Shown here: in pieces, positions 61,819 to 64,000 of the stretch
How the letters are laid out: every line of letters starts with the position of its first letter
Position numbering within the stretch: the first letter of the stretch is position 1
From: Schmidtea polychroa
Taxonomy: Eukaryota
DNA length: 64,000 nucleotides
Direction: 5' to 3'
Assembly: GCA_044892525.1 (NCBI GenBank)
Contig: CM097885.1
Coordinates: forward strand, 32,116,001 to 32,180,000
Notes under the pieces: generated by a model
Database searches by the model: none
Seen by the model: the letters and a program-made list of their open reading frames with translations, nothing else
Told to the model about the DNA's origin: nothing
Program-made: the position numbers and the translations under genes

Positions 61819-62623
61819 TGTTGAGGTCAGTAAATTAAAATAAATTTAGCTAATAGTCAACAAGATGATGATTAAGGATTTATCAGAAAATGGTTAGAAA
61901 GGGTCGAAAGTACTCGAACGTGTTAAAACAGAAAATCAGCAATTAATTAATTAATTGGCTATTAGAAAACCCGAGTCAATGGAGAACTCGAGAGATGAAG
62001 GAAACATGAGCTCGATTAACATGGAAAGTAAACAAAATGAGAATCTCGGAAGGCCGTTATCATGACAGCATGACTAATGGAGACAAACAAAGTTTAGGAC
62101 TACTACGAAGGATAAACAAAGGAAGGCACTTAATCACGATATGGTTCAAACAATGTTCGAGGAACCGTATATCAAACCATTGTCAGATAGGAGCAATCCG
62201 GTCAAAACCCAATTAATCAAAGGAATTATTCTAGTATAAAAGCAACGTCGAAATTCAAAATATTTGGCATTCTGCCTCATCTAAGGATACAAAGAAAAAG
62301 AGCTTAGGGTAATCAGGAAGTTAGGGAAACAAATGGATAGAGTTATGAAATATTTGATACGTGAGAAGAAAATTGAATTGGAAGCGGACCAGATCAAATA
62401 GAAAAAGTTCGATTAAAAGGTGAATATTGATAAAGATTTTGACAAAGCATCAGCCCCGAGCGGAGAACCGATTAAACTGGTAAAACTCTGTCGTTGACTA
62501 TATCTTTGGATTTTGAGAGATTTGTGATTCAAATATACGTTGGGTAGTTAATGTTTTTGTTATTTACGATTAAAAGAACATGTGGAGTCAGAAGTTACCG
62601 ACTTGAATTAATAAAACCCAACA
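61819..62623 (+). mobile_element. Solo LTR, ~1-kb family, copy D (internal deletion)
   Basis: Same termini as copy C; flanks TTTT / TTTG. Confidence 0.8.
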
Positions 62624-62786
62624 TTTGATTGCATTCTGAACACAAATCACATTTATTTTGGTTTAAAATCAGTTTTTCCCCATCAATAATTAAACTTTTC
62701 AAAAAGAACCTTTTACAAATTTTACTAATAGATTTGTAATTAAAATGCTTTAACTCCCAGTTGTCAATTTTTACATATAATAATAC

Positions 62787-63297
62787 TGTTGGGTTATTAT
62801 TTTGTAAGTCAGTTTTCTCTGACTCCTGGTGTTCTCATTTAAACAAATAAATCAAAATCCAACACAGAATAACTTTATTAAACTTCAATCAAAATTAGAA
62901 TTCGACACTAGATTTGCCCCTTTCTCTTACTTTAATTTATTTGTCTCAGATTAATGCTCAGTTAATTCCATTCCTTATCTAATTGATCAAGTCTCACTGC
63001 GCTCCGGGTTCCCTTAAGCGCTCGGGTTTCTCATTAGCTCGGACTTCCCATTACGGATAAATTAACTTTAATTAAATTGTTTTTTCATTTTTTTTGCTTT
63101 CCCTGTGAACCCCTTATTAAATTGTCATTATAATTTCTGAATTTGTCTTTCAATTTGGCGTTCAACCATACCCGTTTCCCGGTTTAGTACTGATTTTCGA
63201 TTTTTAGTAAATTTTTAATTAATTTTGTACTTTTGTTGTTTGGAGCTTTTTATTGATTTTAACAATATTTTGTTTTTCCTTAGTACTAACCCCAAAA
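62787..63297 (-). mobile_element. Solo LTR, ~1-kb family, copy E (short, degenerate, inverted)
   Basis: TGTTGGG start, decayed CCCAAAA end, ATAC on both sides, CTCGGG repeat block retained. Confidence 0.6.
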
Positions 63298-63790
63298 ATA
63301 CATATTATTCCTTAATTGTATTAATATTCGATAGCTTTTTCATTAATACATTAAATTGAGTTAAATTGAAAAAGAAATAAATTACAAAAACTACATTTAA
63401 ACAAATTATTCAAATATATTTCATATTACTTTTTCCAATAACTAATTTTCGATGATTTTAAACAAAAATTAAATTACGAGAAATTCAAATATGATAAAAT
63501 AAACATATTTATTACAATTTTATTTTTATATTGTAATTAAAATTAAAATTTGACATTTTATTTAATTCATTTCACACGTTCACAATTGACTAGTCGTTAT
63601 TAAAATCTCCCAATCGAAGGATGGTAAAATTCCATGAAATAAATTGTTTTTAACATGGAATAAGGAAATAATTAGTAACTAAATTTACATTATTATAAAA
63701 ATTTTAATATTAAATCCATCACATATTTATTCCATATTATCAATTTTATATTGATAGAAAATAATTTTTTCAAATCTAAGCTTGATAATA

Positions 63791-64000
63791 GATACAAATG
63801 GACGATGAGGACATTGAATATGAGGAATTCCTCGAAGGAGACCATAATGAAGCATTCACGTCAAATCCTGACGATGATTTTACAAGTATTGATGAAACAC
63901 CTTTACCATTTTATTTAAAACATATGTTTTCAAATCATGAAGGAGAGTGTAAAAGAATTGTTATTGATCATGGAGATAAAGAAAGAGGAAATTGGGAAAC
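63791..64000 (+). CDS. Host exon with acidic N-terminal sequence, unknown product, truncated by window edge
   Basis: TAG|ATA CAA ATG GAC GAT GAG... (IQMDDEDIEYEEFLEGDH...) stays open to the end of the window. Confidence 0.65.

Overview
AT-rich eukaryotic (animal) DNA. Short 45-55 nt introns, a giant Gypsy element and mariner debris are consistent with a triclad flatworm, but that is inference. Bases 1-17887 (minus strand) are the 5' 17.9 kb of a young, retrovirus-like Ty3/Gypsy element that continues beyond base 1. It has a 4.17-kb 5' LTR (13718-17887) containing its own 249-aa ORF, a tRNA-Pro-type PBS, a BIR-less IAP-like RING gene, a 74-bp tandem array, and one reading frame (10950 to 1) interrupted by a single TGA at 7684-7686. 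Most of this frame is missing from the supplied ORF track; I translated it by hand. Domain order: Gag (3 CCHC knuckles) - UBL - UBL - [TGA] - UBL - Bcl-2-like domain - signal peptide - chuvirus-G-like (class III-type) envelope - TM - protease - RT - RNase H - integrase. Env therefore sits between Gag and Pol in the same frame, alongside candidate apoptosis/ubiquitin modules. A diverged solo LTR of the same family (30603-33051) confirms the LTR boundaries, the promoter/splice layout and the LTR ORF, and shows a covarying RNA structure in U5. The rest of the window holds host genes (4-exon orphan, intronless FBXO4-like, 10-exon CD39-like NTPDase, start of an acidic unknown gene), intact hAT and pogo transposons, five shorter solo LTRs (0.5-1.0 kb), MITEs, mariner/Penelope/gag relics, satellites and two N gaps. 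All homology calls come from motif recognition by eye; no searches were run.
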